From positions 16,492,001 through 16,556,000 of the forward strand of contig NC_043018.1 in NCBI RefSeq assembly GCF_006345805.1: a DNA stretch of 64,000 bases. Reading direction: 5' to 3'. The notes beneath the pieces were generated by a model. That model was not told the origin of the DNA and did no database searches. It worked only from the letters and a program-made list of their open reading frames with translations. Made by a program: the position numbers and the translations under genes. Positions 25,576 through 40,041 of this stretch are shown here, piece by piece; positions within the stretch are counted from its first letter, which is position 1, and each line of letters opens with the position of its first letter. The stretch is from Octopus sinensis (Eukaryota).

Positions 25576-27024
25576 GTAAGATCTTCAAATCTACATAATC
25601 GAATTAATAGACAAGCGCCCTCTAGTAATTTTTCATAGCTTGTGTCTAAAGTAGAGAGGTCATCAATAATGGCGCAGTTCCTTTCTTGATACTCATTCCT
25701 GATTGTAGTTTTGACGTAAAAGAGAATATGAAACGTGAATATATCAAGTGAGATGATAGGAGAAAATTTTCACGAGTAATATAGGCGTAGGAATGGCTGT
25801 GTGTTAAGTAGCTTGCTTACCAAACACATGGTTCCGGGTGCGTTTTTTCTATGAATATCCCTACTTTTTACGATTTTTTGACTGCCGTGTCGACATTTTT
25901 CCGTGTATTTCAACCAGAAAAATGTTCACTTAAAGAGAATAATAAACTACATAATACTAAATATTTACTTTTCAAAAATTGTAATTGTAAAGGGTCGAAA
26001 CAAAACCGAGCAACGCCGAGCGATACTGTTAGTTAATATATAATGGGCGAACGAACAAGTAGATTATCATACAGATATGTGTTTGCATGTGCGCGTATAT
26101 TTCCCGTTGTTGGATTGCACGATGTGTGATGTAATGTAGCGGTCACTTACACAAACACAAGAGAGGTTGATCTTCATATTCATATTACTATTTTCTTGCA
26201 GAGACAGATAAACCAAAGTAACCAGATTTGAAAATCATATAATGGTTAAGATTCCCATTTCAAAAGTTATTTTCAAGATGGTGGATTGTTTTGTCTCTTG
26301 TTTTGGTAACGTCGTTTTCATATCTTATTTAGGATGCGTAGAGAAGTACATAGGACAAACCACAATGACCGAAACAAAAGAACTGCAGGTTTGATTTCCC
26401 AGTTGCAGACGAGAAAATCTCGGGTAAAAATCTGCTGAGATTCATGAATCAAAATTTTAATTTATTAATTTATGTCAGAATAGTGACGATAAATTCCAAC
26501 ATAGAGGATCAATAAGACTTAGGCTGATTGAAGAATATCGGGGGGGGGGGGTTAAAAGTAGAGACACTGGCTGTGTGATAAGTAGCTTGCTTACCACAAC
26601 TATATGGATACGGGTTCAGTCCCACTGCGTGGCAACTTGGGCAAGTGACTCCTACTATAGCCACGGCCGACCAAAGACCTGTGAGTGGATTTGGTAGACG
26701 GAAACTGAAAGAAGCTCATCGTATATATGTATTTATATATGTAGATGTGTGTATAAGTTTGTGTGTCTGTTTGTCCCATCCTCCAATATCACTTGACAAC
26801 CGATGATGGTGTGTTTACGTCCCCACAACTTATAGGTTCGGGAAAAGAGACCGATTGAATAAGTACTTGGCTTACAAAGAATAAGGCCTAGGGTAGATTT
26901 GCTGGTCTAATGGCGGTACTCCAGCATGGCCACAGTCAAACGACTGAAACATTACCTTCGGTAATTGTGTTTTACTATAGCTTTGTTAGTGGATTTAGTA
27001 GACGGAAACAGAAAGAAGCTCGTC

Positions 27025-27068
<44 letters not shown>

Positions 27069-27231
27069 ATATTGTCCTCCGAAAATAGCTTGATAACCGA
27101 TTTTGTTGTGTTTTCATCCCCGTAACGTAGTGGTTCGGCAAGAGATAAGATAGAATAAGTACTAGGCAAGTCCTGGTGGCGATTATTAACAGACATACAT
27201 CAATACACAACTTCTTACTTCTCTTCTAAGT

Positions 27232-27694
27232 ATTCTTTTCTACTCTTGGTACAAGGTCCGAAATGTTGGGGGAGTGGTCCATTCCTATAGATCGACCCCA
27301 GTACGCAACTGGTACTTAATTTATCAACCCCGAAAGGATTAAAGACAAAGTCGACCTCGGCGGAATTTGAACTCAGAACGTAGCGGCAGACGAAATACCT
27401 CTAAGCATATCGCACGGCGTACTAACGATTCTGCCAGCTCACAGCCTTTCCCCTATAACTATTAAAACCATTTATTTATTAATTACCCTGTCACTAAGGC
27501 GGTGAACCGGCAGAAGCGTTAGCACGCCGGACGAGGTGTTAAGCGGTATTTCCTCTGTTCTGAGTTCAAATTCCGCCGAGGTCGACATTGACTTTCATCC
27601 TTTCGGGTCGTTTACAGTTGTTTACTGTGGTCGATCAATTCGACTGGCCCCACTACCCCAAAATTTCGGGCCTTTTGCCAAGAGTAGAAAAGAA
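27232..27694. mobile_element. Inverted SINE-A pair, gene 3 last intron
   Basis: Same arrangement. Confidence 0.75.
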
Positions 27695-27971
27695 TTACCA
27701 TATCACTGTCTACATCTACTCATCTACTTATGAAATTCGGAAAATATATATTCATAGACTTGGTTTTTTTTTAAATACTGGAGAAAGTACAAATGACAAT
27801 TTTTGAAAGAACGGGAAAATATGACCCGTCCTATTTGTTTCGATTCTGCATGCTGTACGTTCACATCCCGTTGGATTTTTTCGACGTCGATAAAATGCAA
27901 CAGCTTCTTCCCTAACGAGAAATCATAATTTAATGAGTTCATTAATTCACTACAATATTCTGCATTTACAG

Positions 27972-28167
27972 GTCCGCTTGCTCAAGGGGCTATTGTCAAA
28001 GATATATGCCAGCCATTCGCTGCTGCCCAGTTATGGTATGTATGTGCATTTGGCAAATATCGGGTTGCTGGTGTAGAACACAAGATAAAAGCCGCGCCAC
28101 TCATAATAGTATACTCCAAAGTGTAATCGCTATTCTCGTTTTCCTTGTAAATTTACCAATTTATTGA
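27972..28167 (+). CDS. Gene 3, mature-peptide exon with hydrophobic tail (106-aa precursor)
   Basis: tgcatttacag|G. SACSRGYCQRYMPAIRCCPVMVCMCIWQISGCWCRTQDKSRATHNSILQSVIAILVFLVNLPIY*. Confidence 0.88.
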
Positions 28168-29555
28168 CGTTCTGCTCTTTTGAATCTTGTGGATAAATGT
28201 CATAGGTCAGATTGTTTTTATAGAAGGAGAAAATCTACAACTTTTTCAATTTTGAAATTTAACCAATCGTCAAATCCTATGATAGTAGAAAACTATGAAT
28301 AAACATCAAGAGACATAGTGAAATATAAAATGTTAACGAGCAGAAGTTTGATTTTGTAATTTATCCTGGAAAGAAATTCACGTATGTTGCACCAAAAACT
28401 GAAATGGTAAAAGAAGAGAAAATCTGCAAACCATAACTTACGACTATGTCTTTTCTTACAAACCTAAATTAATACGACGAATGTATTTAATATCTAATAT
28501 ATTTATGTTATTATTCCGTCAAATCTTAATGAAATCTCAATTAAATAAATTTATTAAAGCATTACAAATACTTAGTGCCTCGTTTTTCACTTTGCTATTT
28601 GTTTGTAAGTTATTGAACGGTAACAAAGTCTTTGTGGTTTGTTCTTCACTTTGGTGTTTGCCTTTAATTTATCGATATGAATGGTAAGAATTTACATTGC
28701 AGTGGTATGTTATATTATTGTAAAAACATTTTTTCTACGAGTTCTATTTTATAAAATTTAAAAAAGAAATAGGAAAAAAATAAGAGATAAGAAAGGAAAA
28801 GAGAGAAAAAAAAGTGAACCAGTTAAAATTGAGGGGAGAGTGATGGGTCACATAACCCAGATCGAATAGTGTGCTCAGCTGTTCCTCGCAGTAGTGATCC
28901 TGATGGCTTTGCCGCGAAGAACGTTGTAGCAGCCACTTCCTGAGGCTCATTAATCCAATGGGCCGCCTTCATCCCTCAGTTGGGAATGAAATCCAAGAAC
29001 ACCTGAGGTCTCGACGTACCGGGTACAAACTGATAGTAGCCAGTGAGGACCAGATATTTCTTGAATGTTCTCTCCTCGTGATTATGGAAGGTGACACCCG
29101 GATTTGCAGCCGTTGCTGCAAGTTTGGTTCCTTGTCAAAAATATTTATTGATGTTGTTGTGTTGTTCATCGGACAGTCGTAGGCGAGCAGACAGGTGATT
29201 GAGTTACGATCGATAGGTGACTGAATTATGATCGATATGTGATTGAGTTATTAGCGTTAGGTGATTGAGTTATGGTCGATAGGTGATCGAGTTATGATCG
29301 ACAGGTGATTGAGTTACGATCGATAGGTGATTGAAATATGACCACTTCCAACTTCTTTTTGACAGATATAAGGTGTATAAGTTCCCACTGTGCACACTGT
29401 CTTTCCATTCTTAAGAAGGCTGCACTTGATAAGATAATGGGTTTTCAGCAATTCGTTAACAGGCGAGTGATCACGATGTCTTCCGCATCTCCTTGACTGA
29501 GGTTGCAAAATTGAACCGAGTATGTCAAATAATTAAATACATACACTCAAATATG

Positions 29556-29605
<50 letters not shown>

Positions 29606-30488
29606 ATAGATATATATATATATATATATAAGGTTAATATATGTATATTTATATAAGGTTAATTTGAAATATTTCCATGACCAGAGGCCTAACATGTAGA
29701 AAATTTACCCAATGGACTATATATTACTCATATAAATACTGTGTACATTTACACACAAAAGAGGTATCGATCATAGGACTACCTGCACGCTAGAGAGGAC
29801 AGTTAAATTCCAAAACACCATTAGGGATAAAATTTAAAATAGAAAGAAAAATTTAAACATTTACCAACTAACACCTGGACCAATGATTTCAGACGTTTTT
29901 TTAGCAAATAAAATAAGTTGCGAAGCGAAGGGTTCTTCAGCAGGTACAACTTAGATTAAATATATATACACGAGGTAATCCAGTATCTGCCTCGTGCTTA
30001 TACATTCTAAAAATATCAAATCTACCGCGTAAGCGCAGCTCCCTCTCGGGAGTAAATAAATATGCCGGGTTTTTATTTTGAAAATTATCCAATAAATAAA
30101 TTATCACTATTTAATAATATTAAAGGGTAATCTGAAATATTAGAAATTTCCATTACAAGTGGCCTAGCGTGTAAAACATTTACCCTATAGATTATATGTT
30201 ATTCATATAAATGTAGCGTACATTTAAGCACAAACATGTATCCATCATACGGATACCTGCACGCTAGAGGAACACGTATTAGGGATAAAATTTCGAATGG
30301 AATGGATAGTAAAACATCCCTAATAGTGGTTTGGAATTAAATTGTCCTCTCTAGCGTGCAAATACCCTATGATAGTTACCTATTTTTTGTTTAAATGCAC
30401 ACTGTTCATATATATGTATATATATTTATGTATGTATATTATATACATATATCATTGGCTGCAGGCACATACATACATACATGCATAT

Positions 30489-30564
<76 letters not shown>

Positions 30565-30782
30565 ATTTAATTAATAATTAATTAATTTTACCCTCACTTG
30601 GTGAAATTGATTATATTATTAATTTTACCCTCAATTGTTAATAATATATATATATATATTATATATATATATATATATACCGGAGTAAACACATAAATGT
30701 GAAACAAGTTGGAAAAAGAGTACTCAAATACGAGTTGTAGAGGAATATGCTTTATTTAAAGCAGCAGAAAATTCAACAAAAC

Positions 30783-30820
30783 CTGTTACTCTGAGTTTCC
30801 CGTTGCCGTTCATCGGACAG
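30783..30820 (-). ncRNA. Candidate minimal type I hammerhead ribozyme of Penelope-like type (degenerate)
   Basis: Minus strand CTGT-CCGATGA-ACG-GCAA-CGG-GAAA-CTC-A-GAG-TA-ACAG. Stem I CTGT/ACAG, palindromic stem III, GTA cleavage triplet; U4C core variant and an A.G mismatch in stem II. Confidence 0.5.
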
Positions 30821-30952
30821 TTTTTGCTAGAATGGAACCGATATGTGAATTCTATCCAGACTATTACAAACGCTATACCTTTAAAAATGGACTTGTTTGA
30901 TTGGCCCTTTAGAAATAACGGTCAATTTTGGAGCGATAAACAAAAATGAGCT

Positions 30953-30989
<37 letters not shown>

Positions 30990-31699
30990 TATAAAAATTA
31001 TAAAATTCGAGGAAAAACCTTACAATGAATAAAATACATATTGACCTTAATGAAGGAAATATAATTAATGCATGGAAATTGAAATGCATTAAAAATATTA
31101 CACGGCAATACATATTCATATTAAAGTATACATATATATCAACATACATAGATAGATGCGTGCAAACCCCATACATATACAGACGTGTAAATATAAATGT
31201 AAAATATACACACAAATGCATGTATACATATGTATACGCAATCTAGTTCGCACGCAAGCTAAAATCATGGATGGTGAAGTAGCGTTCTTATTTACGAAGC
31301 AAAGTTTAAGACATGAGTAAGTGGTGGGGGACGTAAAGTTGCATGACTCTATACAAGTATCGTATACGTAGAGTGAAAAACGAAAGAAAGGAAGAAAGAG
31401 AAAAAGGAAAAAAAGGGGACGGAAAAAAAGAAAAAAGGAGGGGTGGGGAAAAAATAAATAAGAAGAAATATGTATACAAGCTGTGTAACCACGTATATTG
31501 TCACATATATATATATAGACAAGTACACAAACACACATGTTCAAGTGGATACATACACATACAGTCGTGTATGTGTGTGCTTAAGCACAAACATACGCTC
31601 ACTTACACATACACAGAGACGTATGCTTACAAATACATATTCGTGGCTATACACATATTTACATCAAAATTCTAATTTTTGACAACATTGCTTTTAAAA

Positions 31700-33135
31700 A
31701 AATGGTGAGTGTAATAATGAAATTTATACAAAAAACATGTAAAATATAACACCGTATTTAGGATCATCTATAAATCAAAAATCAGAGTAAGCTTATACAA
31801 TATAATAACATGAAATAAACAAAGCCGAAGGTTTTTCCTAAGGAATATGTAGAAATATAAACAAAATACACAAAGTATATGCATGAGACTTTGTTATACG
31901 GAATGAAACCTGCATAGCGCGAAACAAATCCATCGTTGCGTTTACATACTAGTCCAAGAATCAAAATCAAAATTTCAAAAATCAAAAATACAAAAAGACA
32001 AAATATATACTCTATCCCTATGGTATATTTATGTTTGACATTTTAAATTTGGTTGCCTGCATAAGTTCATCAGCTCACTTTGATTTAAAGAATTATTGTC
32101 TTTGAATAAAATATAAAGTTTCTCTAACAGGCAAAAATTGCATTTAAAATTATTCTTGTGTGCTCCATACCTGTATGGTGCCGCTCTGTCCAGAATGCTC
32201 CATTTCACGTTGAAAGGTGGGGTTTTATTTTCTTTTAGTTCCCAGACATATTTTGCTAGGTTGGTCCTCATCCTATTTTCTGGGTATCTAAATGAATTTT
32301 TATGCGAATAAAATCGCGTTTTAAACGAATTTTCTGAAGCTCCTGTATATGTCTTGTATTCCGATGAGCCTTCTATTTGTAGCTTGGCTCTGTAAACTAC
32401 TCCTTTTACTAGACATTTCCCTTGCAACGGACAAGATGATTCATTTTTGAAATTGCATTTCTTAATGGGCTCGGCACCATGTTTAATCTCAATCAGATTC
32501 CTATTATGCTGGCTAATGTAAGAGGCGAAATTTCTGCAACAAGAATAGCTAACCTTCAGGGTTCTTCTATTAAATATCCTATAGAATTTATGGTCCAGCT
32601 TAAAATGCCTAGAGACTAATTTCAAAAATTCCTTACCTATATTAGTCTTTACGACCAAATTAAAAGCCGGGTTGAACCACAAAACTTTCCTGGTCCTAGT
32701 TCTTCGCGCAGCATTATTATCAGCATTAAGCTGGTTGTACTGGATCTTCTCAGAGAATCCACTATTCCTTAATGCGCAATCGTAATAAGGTGCAGCATTA
32801 TGGAATGCTGTCTCGTCCGAAGAAATTGAAGATATTCTTCTACCTACATTGCTGACTAAGTTCCTAAGGATAACTGGCGGAAGGTTCGAATCTTTGCTAA
32901 TATACGATAACTTCTCATTGGGCTTACGGAAAGGTTTAAATCTATCCGACCTTACATTAAAATTTACGCCTAAAAAATCTACACTATTCAGGTTAGTATC
33001 TATTGTAACCCGTAAGCCCATCCTTTGAAAGAAAGCAATAAGCTCCTTCCTAAGTCAATTTGATTCAAGGCCGTTTAAATTATGGGTGGCTATAAGGCCG
33101 TCATCACGATATAAATCTGCATCTATAAATGGGAA
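31700..33135 (-). mobile_element. 5'-truncated Penelope-like element (RT C-terminus plus GIY-YIG endonuclease)
   Basis: LYRDDGL motif at ~33093-33113 (-), in frame with ORF 32029-33021 across one stop. ORF contains VDFLGV, WFNPAF, KVSYSC, CPLQGKC, GVVY...YTG (GIY-YIG) and CNFCLLEK. 3' boundary uncertain. Confidence 0.87.
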
Positions 33136-34206
33136 TTCTATCGATCATAACTCAATCACCTATAGATCATATCTCAATCATCTGTCGGCTCGACTACGAT
33201 TGTCCGATGAACAACATCACAACATCAATAAATATTTTTGACAAGGGACCAACCTTGCTGAAACGGCTGCAAATGCGGGTGTCACCTTCCATAATCACGA
33301 GGAGAGAACATTCAAGAAATATTTGGTCTTCACTGGTTACTATCAGTATGTACCGGTTACGTCGAGACGTCAGGGATTCTTGGACTTCATTCCGAACTGA
33401 GGGATGAAGGCGGCCCATTGGATTAATGAGCCTCAGGAAGTGGATGCTGCAACGTTCTTCGCGGCAAAGCCATCAAGGTCACTACTGCGAGGAACAGCTG
33501 AGCACACTATTCGATCTGGTTTATGTGACTCATCGTGCCTCCCCTCAATTTCTACTTGTTCACATTTTTTCTCTCTTTCCTTTCTTATCTCTTATTTTTT
33601 CCCATTTCTTTTTTAAATTTTATAAAATAGAACTCGTAGAATAAATGTTTTTACAATAATATAACGTACCACTGCAATGTAAATTCTTACCATTCAAATC
33701 GATAACTTAAAGGCAAACACCACAGCGAAGAACAAACCACAAAGACTTTGTTACCGTTCAGTAACTGACAAACAAATAGCAAAGTGGAAAACGAAGCACT
33801 AAGTATTTGTAATGCTTTAATAAATTTATTTTATTGAGATTTCATTAGAATTTGACGGAATAATAACATAAATATATTAGATATTAAATACATTCGTCCT
33901 ATTAATTTAGGTTTGTAAGAAAAGTCACAGTTGTAAGTTATGGTTTGCAGATTTTCTCTTCTTTTACCATTTCAGTCCTTGGTGCAACATACGTGAATTT
34001 CTTTCCAGGATAAATTACAAAATGAAACTTCTGCTCGTTAACATTTTATATTTCACTATGTCTCTTGATGTTTATTCATAGTTTTCTAATCTCATAGGAT
34101 TTGACGATTGGTTAAATTTCAAAATTGAAAAAGTTGTAGATTTTCTCCTTCTATAAAAACAATCTGACCTACGACATTTATCCACAAGATTCAAAAGAGC
34201 AGAACG

Positions 34207-34402
34207 TCAATAAATTGATAATCTTACAAGGAAAACGAGAATAGCGATTGTACTTTGGAGTATAGTGTTATGAGTGCCACGCGTGTTATTTTGTAAATGA
34301 CACCTGCAACCCGATGCTACCCAAAAGCATATACATTTCATACCTGGGCAGCAGGAAATGGCTGTCATATATTTTTGACATATACTCGTTGTGCAAGCGT
34401 AC
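34207..34402 (-). CDS. Gene 4, mature-peptide exon with hydrophobic tail (106-aa precursor)
   Basis: Minus-strand acceptor tgtatttacag|G. YACTTSICQKYMTAISCCPGMKCICFWVASGCRCHLQNNTRGTHNTILQSTIAILVFLVRLSIY*. Confidence 0.88.
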
Positions 34403-34678
34403 CTGTAAATACAGAATATTGTAGTGAAATAATGAACTCATTAAATTATGGTTTCTCGTTAGGGAAGAAGTTGTTGCATTTTATTGACGTCGAAAAAATC
34501 CAACGGGATGCGAACGTACAGCATGCAGAACCGAAACAAATAGGATGGGTCATATTTTTCCGTTCTTTCAAAAATTGTCATTTGTACTTTCTCCAGTATT
34601 TAAAAAAAAACCAAGTCTATGAATATATATTTCCCGAATTTCATAAGTAGATAAGTAGATGTAGACAGTGATATGGTA

Positions 34679-35116
34679 ATTCTTTTCTACTCTTGGCAAA
34701 AGGTCCGAAATTTCGGATAGATCGACCACAGTAAACAACTGGTAGATAATTTATCGACCCCGAAAGGATGAAAGGCAAAGTCGACCTCGGCGGAATTTGA
34801 ACTCAGAACGCTTAACACCACACCCGGCGTGCTAACGTTTCTGCCGGTTCACCGACTTAGTGACAGAGTAATTAATAAATAAATGGTTTTAATAGTTAGA
34901 GGGGAAAGGCTGTGAGCTGGCAGAATCGTTAGTACGCCGTGCGATATGATTAGAGGTATTTCGTCTGCCGCTACGTTCTGAGTTTAAATTCCGCCGATGC
35001 TGCATTCCATCCTTTTTGCGTGGATAAATTAAGTACCAGTTGCGTACTGGAGTCGATCTAATCGACTGTCACACTCACCTAACATTTCAGGCCTTGTAAC
35101 TAGAGTAGAAAAGAAT
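34679..35116. mobile_element. Inverted SINE-A pair, gene 4 last intron
   Basis: Same arrangement, unit inverted. Confidence 0.72.
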
Positions 35117-35309
35117 AGTTAGAAGAGGCGTAAGAAGATGTGTATTGATGTATGTCTGTTAACAATTGCCACCAGGACTTGCTTAGTACATTATCTCTTG
35201 CCGCACCGCTACGTTACGAGGATGAAAATACACCAAGATCGGTTATCAAGCTATTTTCGGAGGACAATATATACATACATACATACATATATATATGTAT
35301 ATATATATG

Positions 35310-35362
<53 letters not shown>

Positions 35363-37340
35363 ATACGACGAGCTTCTTTCATTCAGTTTCCGTCTACCAA
35401 ATCCACTCACAAAGCTGTGGTCAGCACGAGGCTATAGTAGAACATAATTACCTAAGGTACCACGCAGTAGGACTGAACCCGGAGCCATTTAGTTGTGGTA
35501 ACAAAGCTACTTTTCACACAGCCACTGTGTGTACATTTAAATGCCCCCCACCCCCCGATATCCCTCAATCAGCTTAAGTCTTATTGATCCTCTATGTTAG
35601 AATTTATCGTCACTATGGTGACATAAATAAATAAAATAAAATTTTGATTCATGAATCTCAGCAGATTTTAAACGAGATTTTCTCGTCTGCAGCTGGGAAA
35701 TCAAATCTGCAGTTCTTTTGTTACGGTCATTGTGGTTTGTCCTATGTACTTCTCTACGCATTCTAAATAAGATATGAAAACGACGTTACCAAAAGAAGAG
35801 ACAAAACAATCCTCCATCTTGAAAATAACTTTTGAAATGGGAATCTTAAACTTTATATGATTTTCAAATCTGGTTACTTTGGTATGTTTGTCTCTGTATC
35901 AAATAAAATGAAAGAAAGAAAGAGAAACCGACTTTCTTGCCTCGTTGCTTCATTTGTCATTTATTAAGGATGGACATTAATGTCTGTCTATAAGTAAATG
36001 CTTAAGTTCTTGAAGCTGTATACCATGTCACATTTGTGTATATAGTTTTGGCTAAATTAGCCTGCAAGAAAATAGTAATATGAATATGAAGATCAACCTC
36101 TCTTGTGTTTGTGCAGGTGACCGCTACATTACATCACACATTATGCAATCCAAGAACGGAAATTATACGCGCTCATGCAAACACATATCTCTATGACAAT
36201 CTACTTGTTCATTCGCCCATTATACATTAACTAGCAGTATCGCGCAAGTAGTTTCTCGTGATGGTGGTGGTAGTGGTGTTGGTGTGTTGATAATGAAAAG
36301 TATCTATTTTTATGAACTAATTTTTTTTCTCATAGTGACCATTGCTTATCGCATAAGTGTAGATATTTATTATGTGCTCGCTTAAAATTTGATATTTCTT
36401 TATAAAGGCCAACTCTGGATTCACAGGAAATACAGTTACAAGCTGCTCGAAAAAGATTGAGCTAACATGGAGCAGGGATATGAGGGAAAGAGGTAAAAAT
36501 AATGCAGTCGATGACGTGAGGAAATGGATGCAGACAAACGTCAAGAATATTTAAAGAATACTCCTTTCTCTCTTAAACAGGCCTTCTTAACATTTCCCAT
36601 TCCGTGGAATTTCGACGGGTCCCAATAATAGATATATATAATAGAATTCCATTCAGTTTTTCCTCTACCACATTCATTCAGCTGGTATTGGTCGCTGGTC
36701 GCGCTGGGCGTATAGCAGAAGACACATGGCTGGATGAATTGTTGATGAATTTTCTAGGCAAAATAGAAACGAATATTATTCAGTTTTTACTCTTTATTCT
36801 TTTGCTTGTTTCAGTCATTTGACTGTGGCCATGCTGGAGCACCGCCTTTAGTCAAGCAAATCTGTTCTTTGTAAGCCTAGTACTTATTCTATCGGTGTCT
36901 TTTGCCGAACCTATGTTTTCTGGGGGTGTAAACACACAAGCATCGGTTGTAAGCGATATTGGGAGGGTGGGAAAATTACAGACACACAAACATATACACA
37001 CACCAACATATACAAATACATATATGCGACGAGCTTCTTTCAGTTTCCGTCTACCAAATCCACTCACAAGGCTTTGGTCGGCCGAGGCTATAGTAGGAGA
37101 CAGTTGCCCAAGTTGCCATGCAGTGGGACTGAACCCGGAACCATATGTTTGGTAAGCAAGCTCCTTACCACACAGCCACTCCTACACCTATATTACTTGT
37201 GAAAATTTTCTCCTGTCGTCTCACTTGATATATTGCCGTTTCATATTCACTTTTACGCCAAAACTACAATCAGGAATGAAACTTTCCTAGAGGGCGCTCG
37301 ACTATTAATTCGATAACAAAGGTAGATATGTAGATCTTAC

Positions 37341-37401
37341 CTTTTAGTCGTATTACTCAAACCTACAGTATCTCCTGTATGTTGATGGACGGGAGCGACA
37401 T
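37341..37401 (-). CDS. Gene 4, propeptide exon
   Basis: tttcag|AT ... aaaag|gtaaga. (D)VAPVHQHTGDTVGLSNTTK(R). Confidence 0.87.
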
Positions 37402-38116
37402 CTGAAAGAAATATTGAAATACATATGGAAGCATTAGAAGTCTATTTACCAAAGTTTCGTGTAGAAATACACAAATTACCCATGAAGCACTCAACAGGTA
37501 ATTCATTGAATAGAGGGGAACGTGTTTATGGTAACACGATCTGAAACAAGATGCAGGATCATGAAGACTGGAACTCGAAGTTCCTCACTCCTACACTTAA
37601 ATATGGCTCATCACTGTAGTGATGGATGTTTTTAATACATAAAAGGAGTTTAAAAAACCCAAAGGAGCAATAAAAAGCAATGACAAAAAAAAAAATACAC
37701 GTGAAACATTATATATACAGCACTTGCTGAATCTCTTCTGTAATTATTTTAATAATTAAGAATTCTAAGGGCGGCGGTGGAGAGCTGGCAGAATGGTTAG
37801 ATCGACGAGCAAGGTGCTTAGTGTCCTTTATTCCTGTTTACGTTCTGAATCAAATACAGGGGTAAGAGATGAGAGCACACCACTAGAATCCTTCCCGATT
37901 TGTATCAATCTTAATTCCGTATACTTGGTCTAAGCGTAGTTTTGATAAATAGAGTTATTTATTTAAAAGCTGTAATTGCATATAAATGGGGTACAGCCGA
38001 AAGACCGTTAAGATAACGTTATACATTTTCCTCCTTGCCGCCCTTCTATTTTCGGCCTTTTGTCCCACTACGTTTTGGATTGCTCTAAAATAAATGAAAT
38101 TACTAATTATACTTAC

Positions 38117-38180
38117 CTTGTTTATCTGAGAAGGTGTATGAAATGAATACACAAAACAGTAGGACACTGATACCTTTCAT
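38117..38180 (-). CDS. Gene 4, signal-peptide exon
   Basis: catcag|gtgcgtgATG ... caag|gtaagt. MKGISVLLFCVFISYTFSDKQ. Confidence 0.88.
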
Positions 38181-39127
38181 CACGCACCTGATGATAGACA
38201 CATATAACGAGAGTGATTAAAACAAAAGCTTTTTTCTTAGAAAATAAGCAAAATTCTACAGCTGAAATTTAGGTAACAGTTATCTTTTAACTGTTCAAAT
38301 ATATTTCACTAAAAATCCAAGATTTACCATTTAAACAATAAGTAATATGGCTAATTTAATTGCATCAATAGAACTAATCTAGATTTAATTACAAATGTGA
38401 ATATATAATTTAGGAGAAGATGAGGTCTTCGAAGCATTTGTCCATAAATATACCCCATATTGCTAACAGTGAATGAAATATTCTTACTTCAAGTATATCT
38501 AGCTTCTATAGCTATATTATTTTTATTTCTTCAATCATAACAATTATGAGATGTTTGTCAGTTTGCAGTTGGTGGAATGTTGAATGTGAAATGCACTCAG
38601 TCAAATGTATTTTCACTGTTTTCTGCAACTCAAATCAAACTTACCTGCACATTTCACTGTATAAACTGTTGCACTGGTATATAACAATCTAAGACTAAAC
38701 ATGACTAAATGCAATTCTTGGTACTGAATACATGTGTCATATAATCCTCACACAAAAATATATTTATCGTTATCTTTTTAAAATAATACTTTCTGGAAGA
38801 GCATCATATTAAGTATCTCCTTTAATTAATGGTCTTACTATTGGTTTATTTATGAGGGATGTCAGCGACTAATCTGGGCAAGGAAAAACTAAGCGAAGAA
38901 TCGATGAAGACGTACTCCAGGTATACGTCTCATATCAGAAGAAGGTTACGCATGTCGGCTTTGCTCTACATACGGGACAGTATTCAGTAACTGACAAAAA
39001 ATATCTTAAAGATCCTACATTCATCTTTAGATATAGCGTTGCTACTAAACACTCACGCACGGACGCACACACATACAGACACACAGAAACAGACACACTC
39101 ACACACACACGCACGCACACACACACG

Positions 39128-39158
<31 letters not shown>

Positions 39159-40003
39159 CAACTAAAAACGCTATATGAAAAACACATTGTTATGACTGCT
39201 ATGACAAGGCTACTCAAGAACCAGAATATTTTCACACGATTTTAAATAAAGAATACTCGTCAATCAACTCAATACAAACAGCAACCCACAGATAGCAAAA
39301 TTGGTCAAACAGTGTTCTATGGAAAACAGGGAAGCAGTTGGCCAGTGCTGCAAAGATCAGCAGTATGTTGGATGTGAATGTTTTGACATAAAATAATGAG
39401 AAATGAATAACACAAACATCCAGCCAAAATAGGTTCACTTGTTTCTTAGAAAACAATTTACGTTAATTAATAAACAAAATTTACAAAAGCTCGACTTCAT
39501 TCAAAACTTAAGGGGTCAACTGATTCCCTTTCATCAAATACATTCGATGAGATGTAAAGTGAAAATCAGTAAATCATTCCGGTTATCCTCTCTCTTCGCA
39601 GATCTTGGATTGTACACAGGAAAACAGGCAACAAACGGTTTAAGCTCTGCCACTACCACCATCATCATTACCATAACATACTCTGTGTAATGCTATTACT
39701 TAATCACATACAGTCGCAAAGAATAATTTAAATGTTACATACTTGTTTGATTCGAACGGTATTTTACAAACAGCTCAGTAGACTTTCTCAGGTGCAAAGT
39801 TCACACTGGTTGATGAGGGTTGTGTAGTGTTAGTTATACACTGAACACCGTTAAACTTTGCTGACTCCAGCTGTCGTTTTCTTTTCTATTCTTGAAATTG
39901 CCCACGTTGTGTTTTCTCTTCTTATTTACACACACAAACACACATCAATATAAATATATATATGTGTGTGTGCGTGCGCGTATGTGTGTATACATACATA
40001 TCC

Positions 40004-40041
<38 letters not shown>

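Noticed and set aside
31895-31930. Second hammerhead-like motif (gaatga...gcgcgaaac) near the PLE 3' end
   Set aside because: Antisense to the PLE ORF, core does not match CUGANGA, and stems could not be drawn.
33129-33616. Recurrent in-frame TGA in the GC-rich block (KYF*QGT, IPN*GMK), suggesting selenocysteine or a TGA=Trp code
   Set aside because: Copies differ by frameshifting indels, no SECIS or organellar context was seen, and shared stops are expected from common descent of the units.
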